This document shows, in pieces, positions 8,575 to 18,874 of a DNA stretch of 64,000 bases. Source of the DNA: an uncultured Clostridia bacterium (lineage in GTDB: Bacteria; Bacillota; Clostridia; Oscillospirales; Acutalibacteraceae); the NCBI GenBank assembly GCA_946500295.1, contig CAMMVF010000014.1, positions 959-64,958 of the forward strand. Direction: 5' to 3'. The stretch's first letter is position 1. Each line of letters begins with the position of its first letter. Under the pieces are notes generated by a model that was not told the DNA's origin, did not search any database, and saw only the letters and a list, made by a program, of their open reading frames with translations. The position numbers and the translations under genes were made by a program.

Positions 8575-9498
8575 ATGATAATACGCAAAAATAGAATAAG
8601 AAGTGAAAGTTACCTTAATGAGTTTAAGAAGGGTTCAAATCTTACAATTAAAGTTAATAATGTATTGAACAGTCAAACTAAAATAGAAAAATTTGGATTT
8701 AAGCTTGATGATGTGGATGGCACAACTATCTTGCCTTCTGTATTCAATTCATATTCAAGAAAAAATGCAGAACAGTTCTATACAATAGATAAAACATTGC
8801 CTAAAGAAAAATATACACAAACAATCTACTGGACAAGAACCGAGTGGGCTGGTAGAGGAGAAACTCGTGAAGTTACTGAGTTTACTGATATTGTGCGTGA
8901 ACGTTATCACAGAGATTATCATTTACCTTATTCAGTAGAGTTTACTTTGTCAAGAACAGAATCTGAAAACTCTATTGTATCGCAACAAATAAAGTATGTT
9001 GATGATAATATAAAAAAGACAATCAATACTATAAACTTAGTACTAAGTTTATTTGGCGAATGCGAAATTATCTCTGATGAAGAACCTAGCTATAGTACAC
9101 CAGCAAAAGTAGTGCATGTTAATTGGGATATTTTACCCAAAGGTAAATATCCTTGGACAAAGGTGAAAAAATCAATAGAGAGCATTTCGAAAAAATATAA
9201 CAATACGCAAAAAGAAATGATGTTGAGAAATTGTGAAGAAATAAATAAATTATCTCCTGACTTTGTAGCGTATGGTCGTGCAGGATTTAGAGGATATGCA
9301 GTTTTTGGATTTACTGATAAGAATTTGTATATTCTTGAAAGTATGTTTCCAAATAATGCTACTTATATCTTTGAAAAAGACTGGGAAGAATTATCTATGC
9401 TTTCAAAAGGTGAAATTCTGAATCAAAGTTTGCATAAAGCAAGAATAATTCATACTGCAAAATGGAATGAAAAATTCGAACAAATAATGGGGAAATAA
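8575..9498 (+). CDS. Hypothetical protein (307 aa), candidate defence effector
   Basis: GGGAGG RBS; C-terminal GRAGFRGYAVFGF...ILES...NATYIF...W..LS.LSK.EIL...RIIH..W; no family recognised. Confidence 0.8.
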   Translation: MIIRKNRIRSESYLNEFKKGSNLTIKVNNVLNSQTKIEKFGFKLDDVDGTTILPSVFNSYSRKNAEQFYTIDKTLPKEKYTQTIYWTRTEWAGRGETREVTEFTDIVRERYHRDYHLPYSVEFTLSRTESENSIVSQQIKYVDDNIKKTINTINLVLSLFGECEIISDEEPSYSTPAKVVHVNWDILPKGKYPWTKVKKSIESISKKYNNTQKEMMLRNCEEINKLSPDFVAYGRAGFRGYAVFGFTDKNLYILESMFPNNATYIFEKDWEELSMLSKGEILNQSLHKARIIHTAKWNEKFEQIMGK

Positions 9499-9525
9499 TA
9501 TTTATGTGTAATTGCTAATTATTTA

Positions 9526-9577
9526 GTAGCTCATAAAATTTTGTGTAAAAATCGGTAGCCCATAAATTTTTGTGTAA
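9526..9577 (+). repeat. Tandem 23-24 bp duplication resembling an IS256-family terminal sequence
   Basis: gtagctcataaaattttgtgtaaa and gtagcccataaattttgtgtaaa; no transposase nearby. Confidence 0.35.
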
Positions 9578-9931
9578 ATAATAATCCTTCAAGAAACAAC
9601 AAAACATCGGATTGAGGAGCAAATCAGGAGGATTGATTTGCTCTTTGTCATACTTTTTTCTATCTGCACGATGTTTTTTTTTGCGTGCCTTGCGTAAAAA
9701 TCATCACGCAGTCAAGAAATTCTATTTTGAGCATAATTAATGGAATTCCCTGTTCTCACAGACTATTTATCTCTAGTTTTAAATTATAGCCTAGTTTTGA
9801 TATTTATGTTAGCATACTTTAGAAATTAAGAAGAAATATCTATTTTAATCTCTATATTGATTTAGCATTAACAAGAGAATTCAAAAGTTCTTGTATGAAA
9901 TGGATTAATGCAGTAATAATTATTTAATTGT

Positions 9932-11545
9932 TTACCACCAGCTGTATCTTGATTTTTTAAGCTTTTTTGATTCTTCATCCTTTGAATGCTCTCTTTCTCC
10001 AAGTAAGTCATCATTAAGCTTTACAGTGGGATCATACCAATCAGCCTTATTTTTAGCCCATTCTATCCATTTCTTGTCTTCATCAGTTAAGTTTGGTTTT
10101 GAAGAAACGGCTTCAATATACTTACGTATTTTACAGGCAACTGCAAAATCTTCTGCTTCATTAACCAACGCGATTGTTCTATCAATTTCATTATCCCGTC
10201 TTTGTCTTAATTCTTCTTCTTTGTGCCTTTTTTCTTCACGACGTCTCTCTTCTTCCTCACGCTTTTTTCGCTCAACTTTTATTATTTCTGATTTTTCATA
10301 TAAATCAATCAGAATATTCCCGAGTTGATTCTCAATTAATGAGGTATTGGTGTCTTTATAATATTTTCCTTCAAATACACAGAGCTTGATCTTTCCGTTA
10401 AAAATGTAGTCCCAACTTCTGATTTGTGGTTTAGATGCCCATTTGTATTTCTGCTTTTCCTTTTCGTATTTCTCAAGTTCTCTCAATTCTTCTTTTGTTT
10501 TTACATGAACGATTTTACTCTCGCTTTCAATGACCTTAAAGGTTACGGTTTCACCCCTGATTTCAAGCGACAGATCATCGTTAGTTTTTCCGCCTAATGA
10601 CTCTACACATTTGAATAGTGTATCAATCAAACAATGCACTCTGGGTAGACTTTCATCGGAAATATCATAATAAAGTGGAGGTCCCCCTTTTGGAATAGAA
10701 TAATATCTATCTCTCTTGCGTGAGGCAGAAATATCACGCTTATGATCCTTTTTCCATGAATTTATTTTAGCCTTATTAGCTTTTAATACAGGATGCAGAA
10801 TCGTAGATTCATCAGATAAATTGAATATAATTTTCTTAGCAGCTGAAATTACTTTTTGCTTTTCATCGTCAGATAAAAAGTCAAGTATTGCTTTATTAGG
10901 TGAATCGTCAATAACAGTGTCAGTACTTCTCAAACCTGTTTTTGTTGTAACATCATCAGAAGGCGGCAATGGTATTTTGGGGACATGGTGACCTGTTTCA
11001 ATTTTGCGCCAGTATCCTGCAGGAGGTTTTGGAATATTTAATGATTTACAGATTTTGTGTATCATTACATCAGAAACCCCATATTTTTTTGCTACCTTCG
11101 TTATGGGTTCATTCCATATTTCCTCATAAAGGGTATTTCTGTCATATGTATTGATTCCATTTTCTGTGTTAGTTTTTATACCGTATTCTTCTGCAAGTAT
11201 GGATTTTTGCTTTTCAGTAGAAACAGTTGTTTGTTCCACTTCTAAAGGTTTCAGTGTTTTTTGTTGAGCTTTCTTTTGAACAGTTACAGGCTTACTTCTA
11301 TCAGTTACCGGCAAAAGTATTTCTGTGATTTCAGATTCAGGTAACGGTGTTTTCTCAACCTTTTTCCCAACAGAAAGACTTGCCCAATACGAGTTTGAGG
11401 GAAGTGGAATGTTATATTTTTCACATGACTCCTTAAACTTTTGATATGGTACATCATATTTTTTCGCTGTTCGTGAGGTAGAGTTTAGCCATACTTCATC
11501 ATATATTTCCTGCCTTGAAAAAGCAGTCATTTTATATTTTGCCAA
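9932..11545 (-). CDS. Hypothetical protein with duplicated HTH-like module and C-terminal coiled coil
   Basis: GGGAGG RBS before TTG 11545; repeats SRQEIYDEVW...AKKYDV...CEKYNIPLPSNSYW and DRNTLYEEIW...AKKYGV...CKSLNIPKPPAGYW. Confidence 0.8.
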   Translation of the reverse strand: MAKYKMTAFSRQEIYDEVWLNSTSRTAKKYDVPYQKFKESCEKYNIPLPSNSYWASLSVGKKVEKTPLPESEITEILLPVTDRSKPVTVQKKAQQKTLKPLEVEQTTVSTEKQKSILAEEYGIKTNTENGINTYDRNTLYEEIWNEPITKVAKKYGVSDVMIHKICKSLNIPKPPAGYWRKIETGHHVPKIPLPPSDDVTTKTGLRSTDTVIDDSPNKAILDFLSDDEKQKVISAAKKIIFNLSDESTILHPVLKANKAKINSWKKDHKRDISASRKRDRYYSIPKGGPPLYYDISDESLPRVHCLIDTLFKCVESLGGKTNDDLSLEIRGETVTFKVIESESKIVHVKTKEELRELEKYEKEKQKYKWASKPQIRSWDYIFNGKIKLCVFEGKYYKDTNTSLIENQLGNILIDLYEKSEIIKVERKKREEEERRREEKRHKEEELRQRRDNEIDRTIALVNEAEDFAVACKIRKYIEAVSSKPNLTDEDKKWIEWAKNKADWYDPTVKLNDDLLGEREHSKDEESKKLKKSRYSWW

Positions 11546-11658
11546 GATAATAACCTCCCTTCGTAAATTAATTAACGATTCTTCTATCAAGATTTTTGTT
11601 GCTTGAATTTGTTTTATTTCATTTTCATATATTATTTGTGATTGTTTCACCTCCCTAA

Positions 11659-11982
11659 TTATTCGTCGCCACGCAATAAAAAACTTAAATCGCTTTTCAT
11701 TTCAGTAAATTCTTTAATGATATTCTCAAGATTTTGTTCAATTCCTTGAACCTGAACTTCATTGATTTTACCGTATTTATAGGCAATTAATCTTTCGGGA
11801 ATAATATTATAGCTCCAACTATCTGTATAGCTGTCTTCATTTTTTATAGCAAAACCGATAGGCAGTTTTTCATATCTCATTCCTGTTCTGACAGCTATAA
11901 CAGATATGCCGAGATAATCTGCTGCTATCTGACAAGTAACTTTCTTCATATTCCTAATTTTATCATCAGTATACTTGTTCAA
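11659..11982 (-). CDS. Small HTH (excisionase-like) DNA-binding protein
   Basis: VTCQIAADYLGISVIAVRTGM...LPIGFA...YNIIPERL; GAGGTG RBS. Confidence 0.65.
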   Translation of the reverse strand: MNKYTDDKIRNMKKVTCQIAADYLGISVIAVRTGMRYEKLPIGFAIKNEDSYTDSWSYNIIPERLIAYKYGKINEVQVQGIEQNLENIIKEFTEMKSDLSFLLRGDE

Positions 11983-12100
11983 AACTATTCACCTCTTTTC
12001 AGATAATTTATTACAATATAATATTACCATTGATTTTTGTTTCAATCAATATAAAAAAGAAAGAAGCCCGATGAATTGAGCTTCTTGTTTTTATATAGAA

Positions 12101-12540
12101 TTAATCATATATTTTAATTTGATTTTCTGTATCCGGAATATCTTTATATTTTTCAATTAACTTTTTAATTTCGTATAATAACTGTTGTTTTTGCTCGGTT
12201 TCGATATTTATGATTTCATAAAAGCTGAAGCTAATCAATCTTAACATGAATCCGCTATCCCAATCTAAATTTTTCTTAAACTGGTTAAGATATTCGGTCT
12301 TTTTCTAAATGTCAATTTCAGAAAGCGAGGAATCACGGTCTTTTTCGCTTTTAGCATTCATTTCGAGATAGTGTTTTTCTTCAAATGAAAAAAAGTGATG
12401 ACAATTTAGATACTCTATAAAATATGTGATTATTTCTTTATATTCTTCGTTTGATATTTCAGTTGAATGACCATATTTACTATATTAATGTTATATACAA
12501 TGGATAACATGGTCACATAATTAGTGCATATGGCAATCCA
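12101..12540 (-). pseudogene. Possible decayed ORF
   Basis: Protein-like reading (SNEEYKEIITYFIEYL...IDI*KKTEYLNQF...) broken by an internal TAG and a frameshift. Confidence 0.35.
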
Positions 12541-12698
12541 AAGTATAATTGACCAGAGAAGGCTCGTTAATGTAACAGTGCCAAATTTTCTCCATAAAAT
12601 TATGTCGAATAAACTTCATACTATAGTTAAAAAAGCAGATTCATTAAATATTTAAAATAAAAAGTGTTCGCTGGAAGTTTTTGGCGAACACTTTTTTC

Positions 12699-13703
12699 TT
12701 AAACTAAGGTTTCTTTTATTCTTTTGGCTATTATATATGCCAAATCAACAGGAACTGCATTACCTATCATTTTATATCCGTAATCAACATCAGTATAAAT
12801 AAATTCAAAATCATCAGGAAATCCTTGAAGTCTTGCGCATTCTCTCACAGTAAGTCGGCGATACAAGTTCTCTTTCCCGGGAACGAATATTCTCTTGTTT
12901 TTTTCGACAAAAAGCATTTTAGGAGCTTGCGGATGTAGTTGACACTGCCTGCCGCTCGCCTGAACGGTAAATCCTTGCTCATCCCAGGAACGAACACGAT
13001 TACGACTCATAAAGATAGTTGAATAAGCCCCGACAAAAAACTCGTGATTGAGTATAGGTAATCGTCCGTTTGTTTTGTTTCTGGATAATGCAGGTATTGC
13101 AGAAGTGGCTAAATCACCAATGGCTTGTTTTAGTGTGGTTTTCTGATATCTGTATGGTGTGGTTTGTTCAGGAAATCTGAAATCAATATGCAAATCTTTC
13201 CTGAATCCAATATAAAACACTCTTTTTCTGTCTTGTGGGACACCATAATCAGCTGCATTCACAAGATTTATAGTTACATCATATCCACAAGATTCACATT
13301 GTGAAATAATGTTTTTCACAGCCTCAGAATGTCGATTAGCCAGCATACCGGAAACATTTTCAGCTAGGAAAAATTTAGGCTGTTTACTTTTTAAAATTCT
13401 GATATAGTCATAAAAAAGTTTTCCACGGTCATCGTTAATTCCTCTTAAAGCTCCGGCTTCGCTCCAGCTTTGGCACGGTGGTCCCCCGATAATACCGTCA
13501 ATATTGTCAGGAAAATCAGATTCTGTTATGCTCCTGATGTCTCCTTTAATTAGCTTTGCCTTATGATTCTTTTCATATGTTTCCCATATTCCCTTATCAA
13601 ATTCATTAGCAATAACTATTTCGTAACCAGCTTTTTCAAAACCTAAGTCTAATCCACCTGCACCGGAGAACAAACTAATCAATTTCAATATAATCATCTC
13701 CAT
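12699..13703 (-). CDS. C5-cytosine DNA methyltransferase, M.HaeIII-like (probably GGCC)
   Basis: FSGAGG, GGPPCQ, ENV, QDRKRVF; target-recognition region [31 protein letters not shown] closely matches M.HaeIII as recalled. Confidence 0.9.
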   Translation of the reverse strand: MEMIILKLISLFSGAGGLDLGFEKAGYEIVIANEFDKGIWETYEKNHKAKLIKGDIRSITESDFPDNIDGIIGGPPCQSWSEAGALRGINDDRGKLFYDYIRILKSKQPKFFLAENVSGMLANRHSEAVKNIISQCESCGYDVTINLVNAADYGVPQDRKRVFYIGFRKDLHIDFRFPEQTTPYRYQKTTLKQAIGDLATSAIPALSRNKTNGRLPILNHEFFVGAYSTIFMSRNRVRSWDEQGFTVQASGRQCQLHPQAPKMLFVEKNKRIFVPGKENLYRRLTVRECARLQGFPDDFEFIYTDVDYGYKMIGNAVPVDLAYIIAKRIKETLV

Positions 13704-13745
13704 TCAGTTTGCATTTTAACTCTTTAAAATATAAATGCAAGTGAA

Positions 13746-14636
13746 TTATTCAAAAACTATGCCATAATCTGTGATATTTGTTACATTAACATCCTCATCC
13801 GTATTAATGCCAAGTTTTTTAAGCACGGAAATAAGGTTTTCTGCTACAGCATTACCCTTGGTTATGAGAGGTTTATCAAAAACTAGATTGCAATCAAGCC
13901 TTCCGTCGGTTACAAACCAATCAACATATACCGATAAAGGTCTATCGCCATCCCACTTCCCTTTTGCTGATCTGTAATTTAATGCTTTGCAGGCAAAGTA
14001 AACTTGCGGATATTTATCTACATATTCCTCAATAGTATATAGATTGCTGAAAATATCTTCTGCAGATGAAATGTTATCATGAAATAAAACGCAATTAGCT
14101 ATACCTGAGTTTTCTATAATGTTTCCATTTACAAAAGCATTTTTCTTATCATCAGGAAGATTAGTGCCGGCATAAACATCAATAACTTGTTCGTGTGAAA
14201 GAGTTATTATATCTGAAAAATCTCCGTTCGATTTATTCAGTAGTTCAAACTTCCAACCTAATGTGAATGCACCTTTATCTGTTCGGCCACTTCTCTTTTT
14301 ATATATCAAGGGCTTATTTAAAAAAGCTGATTTTATTCTTAAAGTTGAACTTTCAATAATCTTTTTCCAGTTATCACCAAATAATAATTGCGCACGCTCA
14401 CTGTTCATTTTATTTTCAATGAAATCTGCATTCTCTTTTTTGTAGGAAATTTTAAATTCCTCAACACCATTTTCACATCTTGCTTTTACATAAATATCTG
14501 TTTTAGGTTCACCCTTGTAACAAGTAGGTTTTCCAGATTCAAGTACAGTATAAGGTGTGTTCTTATATGTAAAAGCTGTTCCTACGGAAAGTATTTCTTT
14601 GATTTTTCTTTCCTCTATTCCAAAACTTTTTGCCAT
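13746..14636 (-). CDS. Putative type II restriction endonuclease (PD-(D/E)xK)
   Basis: EPKTDIY...FKISYK motif; directly upstream of and co-oriented with the MTase. Confidence 0.7.
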   Translation of the reverse strand: MAKSFGIEERKIKEILSVGTAFTYKNTPYTVLESGKPTCYKGEPKTDIYVKARCENGVEEFKISYKKENADFIENKMNSERAQLLFGDNWKKIIESSTLRIKSAFLNKPLIYKKRSGRTDKGAFTLGWKFELLNKSNGDFSDIITLSHEQVIDVYAGTNLPDDKKNAFVNGNIIENSGIANCVLFHDNISSAEDIFSNLYTIEEYVDKYPQVYFACKALNYRSAKGKWDGDRPLSVYVDWFVTDGRLDCNLVFDKPLITKGNAVAENLISVLKKLGINTDEDVNVTNITDYGIVFE

Positions 14637-14802
14637 ATTATCCTCCGAATATACATTGTATATTTAAAATTATATCACAGGTTGTTTGTAAAAACAATCT
14701 GGGAAATTCATAATTACGATTTACAGTTGGATTTTTGTATTAACGCTGGACTTATGCAAAGCTTTGTGGTATATTTTTGTGCTACGAAAGGTGGCATAAA
14801 CT

Positions 14803-15066
14803 ATGGATATACTTGAAGATTTATACTATGGAAACTTATTTCCTCACAAAAAATGCGCAAAGCTTGATGATGAAATGAAAGAGTTGCTCGGTTTACTCAA
14901 CAGAAATGAGGAAAAGCTCACAGAAACTCTTTCCGATGAACAGAAAGAAATTTTTGAAAAATACAAGGATTGCAATCAGGAAATTTCTGAAATCTGTGAA
15001 CGAAACGCATTTCTAAATGGCTTTCGATTAGGAGCAAGGATCATCATTGAAGTTGTCAATAACTAA
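14803..15066 (+). CDS. DUF6809-like protein
   Basis: ILEDLYYGNL...LSDEQKEIFEKY...AFLNGFRLGARI. Confidence 0.7.
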   Translation: MDILEDLYYGNLFPHKKCAKLDDEMKELLGLLNRNEEKLTETLSDEQKEIFEKYKDCNQEISEICERNAFLNGFRLGARIIIEVVNN

Positions 15067-15124
15067 AAAGGCGGGTAGGTAATTATTAACATTGCCTATC
15101 CGCTTTTAGTTGCTATTGAATTTG

Positions 15125-15937
15125 CTATTGCTGTAATTCCTCTTTCAATTGTTCCAAAATTTTCTTTAATCTCTTTTCCGCGCCTTCGGCTGTCAGACCG
15201 ACTCTTAATGATGCTTCACGGATTGTCATTTTATCCTTGCTTTTCAGACAGTCGGAGCAGATACCAAAGACTAACTCAATCAGCCTTAAATCCTGCGGAT
15301 TGAGTTTACTCAAAGCCGTTCTTAATTTATCTCTCTGTTCGTTTTTGAAATATATTTCCTCAGGGGACAATGTATCCATTTCAACATCAGTGATTGAAGA
15401 ATTGAAATAATTTTCATTATCTTGATTGTGAATATCAAGATTGTTGTTTTGCTTAAACCGAGTTGAAGTAATAATGCAGTTCAGTACTGTATTTTCTGAA
15501 ATATTCAGTTCCTTTGCAATGTCCGTGACTGCTTCTTCAAGAGGTTTGTCATTCGGTTGTTGCGAGTACAGCAATGATACTTTCCGTAAATTCTTATACT
15601 GATTATCATTATCAATATGTACGTTACCGCAGACAGTACGGACATATTCGTGCCACGCTTTGCGCACTTTATATTTTATGAGTTGCAGTAAAGGCATATC
15701 CGAATAGTAGCTTTGCAGTTCACTCCACAGCAGAGATGAAAAAATTTGTTTCAAGTCGTCAATTCTGTTACTATCCAAACCGTATTTCTTTATAAACAGT
15801 CGAGCGTTTCTGTTGAGTACAGGCTCATAAAGATAGAGAAATTCATTAAAGTATTTTTCGTTCCTTGTTTTTCTGTAGCGTATAAAATAATCATTCAAGT
15901 TATCAAGCTTAGTCGGGATATAACCAAGCGGATACAT
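15125..15937 (-). CDS. Sigma-70-family sigma-factor-like protein
   Basis: Region-2-like IDDLKQ, LSPEEIY..EQRDKLRTALSKL..LIELVFG..MTIREAS region-4 HTH. Confidence 0.7.
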   Translation of the reverse strand: MYPLGYIPTKLDNLNDYFIRYRKTRNEKYFNEFLYLYEPVLNRNARLFIKKYGLDSNRIDDLKQIFSSLLWSELQSYYSDMPLLQLIKYKVRKAWHEYVRTVCGNVHIDNDNQYKNLRKVSLLYSQQPNDKPLEEAVTDIAKELNISENTVLNCIITSTRFKQNNNLDIHNQDNENYFNSSITDVEMDTLSPEEIYFKNEQRDKLRTALSKLNPQDLRLIELVFGICSDCLKSKDKMTIREASLRVGLTAEGAEKRLKKILEQLKEELQQ

Positions 15938-15947
15938 TTTATTTTCC

Positions 15948-17096
15948 TTAATCTTTCATAGCCTCCTCATATATTTTTGAAAGCTCCATATCTTTCTCAT
16001 ATTGCTTTTCGGCATAGTCAAAATCAACATTAGCCAAATTAAAATAATAATCAATAAGCTCCTTTGCCTTGGCAGATACATTCGCACTGTATTTGCCGAG
16101 GCTTTTATTTTTGCGGATAGAATCGTAACGATTTTTCCATAGAACATAATACGGACTGTCGGATTTTCTTTGTTTTTTCATTTTCCTTTTTGTGACTTCC
16201 GGGTGCTTTGCAATGTACGAACAAGGCACACCGTATTTCTTATTTACCGTACTGCAATACAGTTGATTGCGTGCTGTTGTCATAAAGAAATATCTGTCGC
16301 AAATATCGCATCTCCAAAGATAGTGCCCGTGAATGTAGCCTTCAAATAAATCTGTCATAAGAAAGTCTTTCAGATTATTGTAATAAACCTTCCGATAAAT
16401 CTTACTTGTGCCGTTTTCAGACTCAACCACCGGAATTATTGTTGCTCTCGTGCCGAATGGGTGGCTGTTAACTTCAAATATAAAATTCATATACGGGTCG
16501 TTTATAAAATCGCTGAATGCTTCTGCAAGTTCAGTTTTTGTTCGAGCATTGTTTTTTACGATTTTATTTGTAATCTGAAACACGACTGATGAATAATATT
16601 CTACTTCCTTTACCGCTGATGAAATACAAAATCCGATTGAGAAAGCCGTTTCCAAATCAACAGACGCTTTGATTAACTCGTCTAATTTTTCTGAAATCTT
16701 TATTCTATATTCATTCTTTTTGAATCGGTTGTATTCTTCATAAAGCTTGATTTTTTCTTCTGCGAAAAGCTTATTTATTTCCTCTTTGCATTTCTTGATA
16801 TCAAATATTTTAAAAACTTCATATTGACTCAAAACATCAATAGCTGAAATTATTTTTGAATGGTAATCTAAAAAATCAGTCCTGTTAAAATCCTTATTTA
16901 ACAATTCTTCCGTAAAAATTCTTAAATCTTCAAAAATATTTTCATCAATAAATCGACTGTCGGTATCCATTACAAGGTAACTTGTATAACCAATAGGATA
17001 TTCTTTATCGCTGAGTGCAAACTTATCTTTTCTATATGTGACGCTAAAAAGATTAGTTGTATTCAGCTTTTTCAGTACATTGTCCTTTAAGTCCAT
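15948..17096 (-). CDS. DUF6076-like protein
   Basis: RCDICDRYF....RNQLYC....C Zn-like motif in the C-terminal third; typical IME neighbour. Confidence 0.6.
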   Translation of the reverse strand: MDLKDNVLKKLNTTNLFSVTYRKDKFALSDKEYPIGYTSYLVMDTDSRFIDENIFEDLRIFTEELLNKDFNRTDFLDYHSKIISAIDVLSQYEVFKIFDIKKCKEEINKLFAEEKIKLYEEYNRFKKNEYRIKISEKLDELIKASVDLETAFSIGFCISSAVKEVEYYSSVVFQITNKIVKNNARTKTELAEAFSDFINDPYMNFIFEVNSHPFGTRATIIPVVESENGTSKIYRKVYYNNLKDFLMTDLFEGYIHGHYLWRCDICDRYFFMTTARNQLYCSTVNKKYGVPCSYIAKHPEVTKRKMKKQRKSDSPYYVLWKNRYDSIRKNKSLGKYSANVSAKAKELIDYYFNLANVDFDYAEKQYEKDMELSKIYEEAMKD

Positions 17097-17257
17097 AGTA
17101 TCAACTCCGTTTATATTATATCACTTTGCAAATGAAATCACAAGTGTATAGGAAAGTAAATTGTGTTGTCACGTACTTTTACGGTTTTTTGAAAATTTTT
17201 GGCATTTATATATTGAGAGCAAAAAGCTTTCAATATTTTATGGAAGGAGTTGTTATA

Positions 17258-18340
17258 GTGAGTAACAACAAAAAGCTTACTGTCATTGACGGTGAAACAT
17301 TAATGGATATGCGAATTAATCCGATAAGCTTTTGCATCGACTCGTTGCTTCCGCAGGGTGTATCTCTGCTCTGCGGTGCTCCTAAGATAGGTAAGTCGTG
17401 GTTAGTACTTGACTGGTGTGTTCGCATAGCCAAAGGAGAGGAGGTGTGGAATTTTAAAACCGCGAAAGGAACTACCTTGTATCTTTGTCTTGAGGATACC
17501 CTGAGCAGAATTCAAGAAAGGCTGAATGAGATTACAGATGAAGTTCCGAGCAATGTATTCTTTGCAACATCATCGTGTTCGATGTCGGACGGACTCGCAG
17601 AACAGATTGAAAGTTTTATCGCAGAGCATAACGATACGGTTCTGGTTGTCATAGATACATTTCAAATGATACGCACCAGAAATAAAGATACTACTTACGC
17701 AAATGATTATCAGGAAATTGAGGAACTGAAAAGATTAGCGGAGAAGCTGAAAATTTCTCTTCTGCTTGTACATCATCTGCGAAAGCAGGGTGACAATGAT
17801 CCTCTGAATAAAATCTCAGGCACAACAGGAATCAGCGGTGCGGTTGATACAACATTTATTCTTGATAAAAGTAAACGCAGTCAGAACAGCGCAACAATGA
17901 TTTGCACGGGCAGGGATATTGAATACAGAGAGTTGGAACTGAGCTTTTCAAAAGACAATCATATATGGGATTTAGTTTCGGACAGTGTAGAAAGTCCTGA
18001 AATACTTTTGCCGGAAGAAATGAATTCGTTAATTGAATTTATGAAACAAAAGATTGTTTTCAAGGGGACAAACTCTGAGTTTACAGAAGAATTTAATTCT
18101 TTCTGCCGTAAGGAAATCTCTGCAAAAGCGTTAAAACAGATGATGAATAAATGGCGTTACGAATTAGAGAGTAATAACATTTACTTTAACTCATACAGAA
18201 GTAACGGAAAAAGGTTTGTAAATGTTCACTATCTGCCCGATAGTGACTCAAGTGCCGTAAGTGACGTAAATATTATTAGTGCCAATACTTGCGTTCCTTT
18301 CGTCACTTGCGACCCTGAAAAGCCGTGTCAGCCTACATGA
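17258..18340 (+). CDS. AAA_25 / RepA-like helicase
   Basis: GAPKIGKS Walker A, LYLCLED, VVIDT, VHHLRK, ISGT; GGAAGGAG RBS before GTG 17258. Confidence 0.85.
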   Translation: MSNNKKLTVIDGETLMDMRINPISFCIDSLLPQGVSLLCGAPKIGKSWLVLDWCVRIAKGEEVWNFKTAKGTTLYLCLEDTLSRIQERLNEITDEVPSNVFFATSSCSMSDGLAEQIESFIAEHNDTVLVVIDTFQMIRTRNKDTTYANDYQEIEELKRLAEKLKISLLLVHHLRKQGDNDPLNKISGTTGISGAVDTTFILDKSKRSQNSATMICTGRDIEYRELELSFSKDNHIWDLVSDSVESPEILLPEEMNSLIEFMKQKIVFKGTNSEFTEEFNSFCRKEISAKALKQMMNKWRYELESNNIYFNSYRSNGKRFVNVHYLPDSDSSAVSDVNIISANTCVPFVTCDPEKPCQPT

Positions 18341-18444
18341 GCCGATTTGTGCGATTATTTTGCATAGATCGAGAAAGTATACGACTGCAAGCAAAAATCA
18401 AAATTTGGGCGAATTTACGGCAGATTTTAAATTTAATTTTAGCA

Positions 18445-18545
18445 GCAGAGGTTTGGGCTATATTTCCCGGACTTGTCCGGGGCAAGCAGAGCGCCCGGCT
18501 GTCCGCCGAACACATAAAACCGAGCGAAGCCCGGACCCACTTCAA
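18445..18545. promoter_or_regulatory. Candidate oriT region
   Basis: GC-rich patch with inverted repeat cccggacttgtccggg (18466-18481) directly upstream of mobC; nic site not identified. Confidence 0.4.
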
Positions 18546-18562
18546 CACGGAGGTGCATAAAA

Positions 18563-18874
18563 ATAGAAAATCGTAAGAGAAATCAAACTTTAAGTATCAG
18601 ATTAACTGATTCCGAAAAATCAGCAATCTATAAAATGTCAAAGAAAGCTCATCTGACATTGACTGAATATATTTTGAAATCTTCATTGCAAACCGAAATT
18701 AAAGTAGTTGATTTGCAACCGTTACTTGTTGAACTGAAAAGGATTGGCAATAACCTGAATCAGATAACAAGGAAGATAAACAGCGGTGCTTTTAGTTCCT
18801 ACAACTTTAGTGAAATGATTGCTATGCAAAGAAAAATTTATGATGCAATCATAAAACTCTCGGGGGAAAAGTAA
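18563..18874 (+). CDS. mobC: MobC relaxosome protein (probable ATA start)
   Basis: GGAGG RBS then ATA-GAA-AAT-CGT-AAG-AGA (ENRKRNQTLSIRLT); ELKRIGNNLNQI motif. Confidence 0.8.
   Translation: MENRKRNQTLSIRLTDSEKSAIYKMSKKAHLTLTEYILKSSLQTEIKVVDLQPLLVELKRIGNNLNQITRKINSGAFSSYNFSEMIAMQRKIYDAIIKLSGEK

Noticed and set aside
12057-12090. Hairpin similar to the tRNA terminator (aagcccgat...gagctt) as an extra att boundary
   Set aside because: No tRNA or P-arm sequence is adjacent; it is most simply a related terminator.
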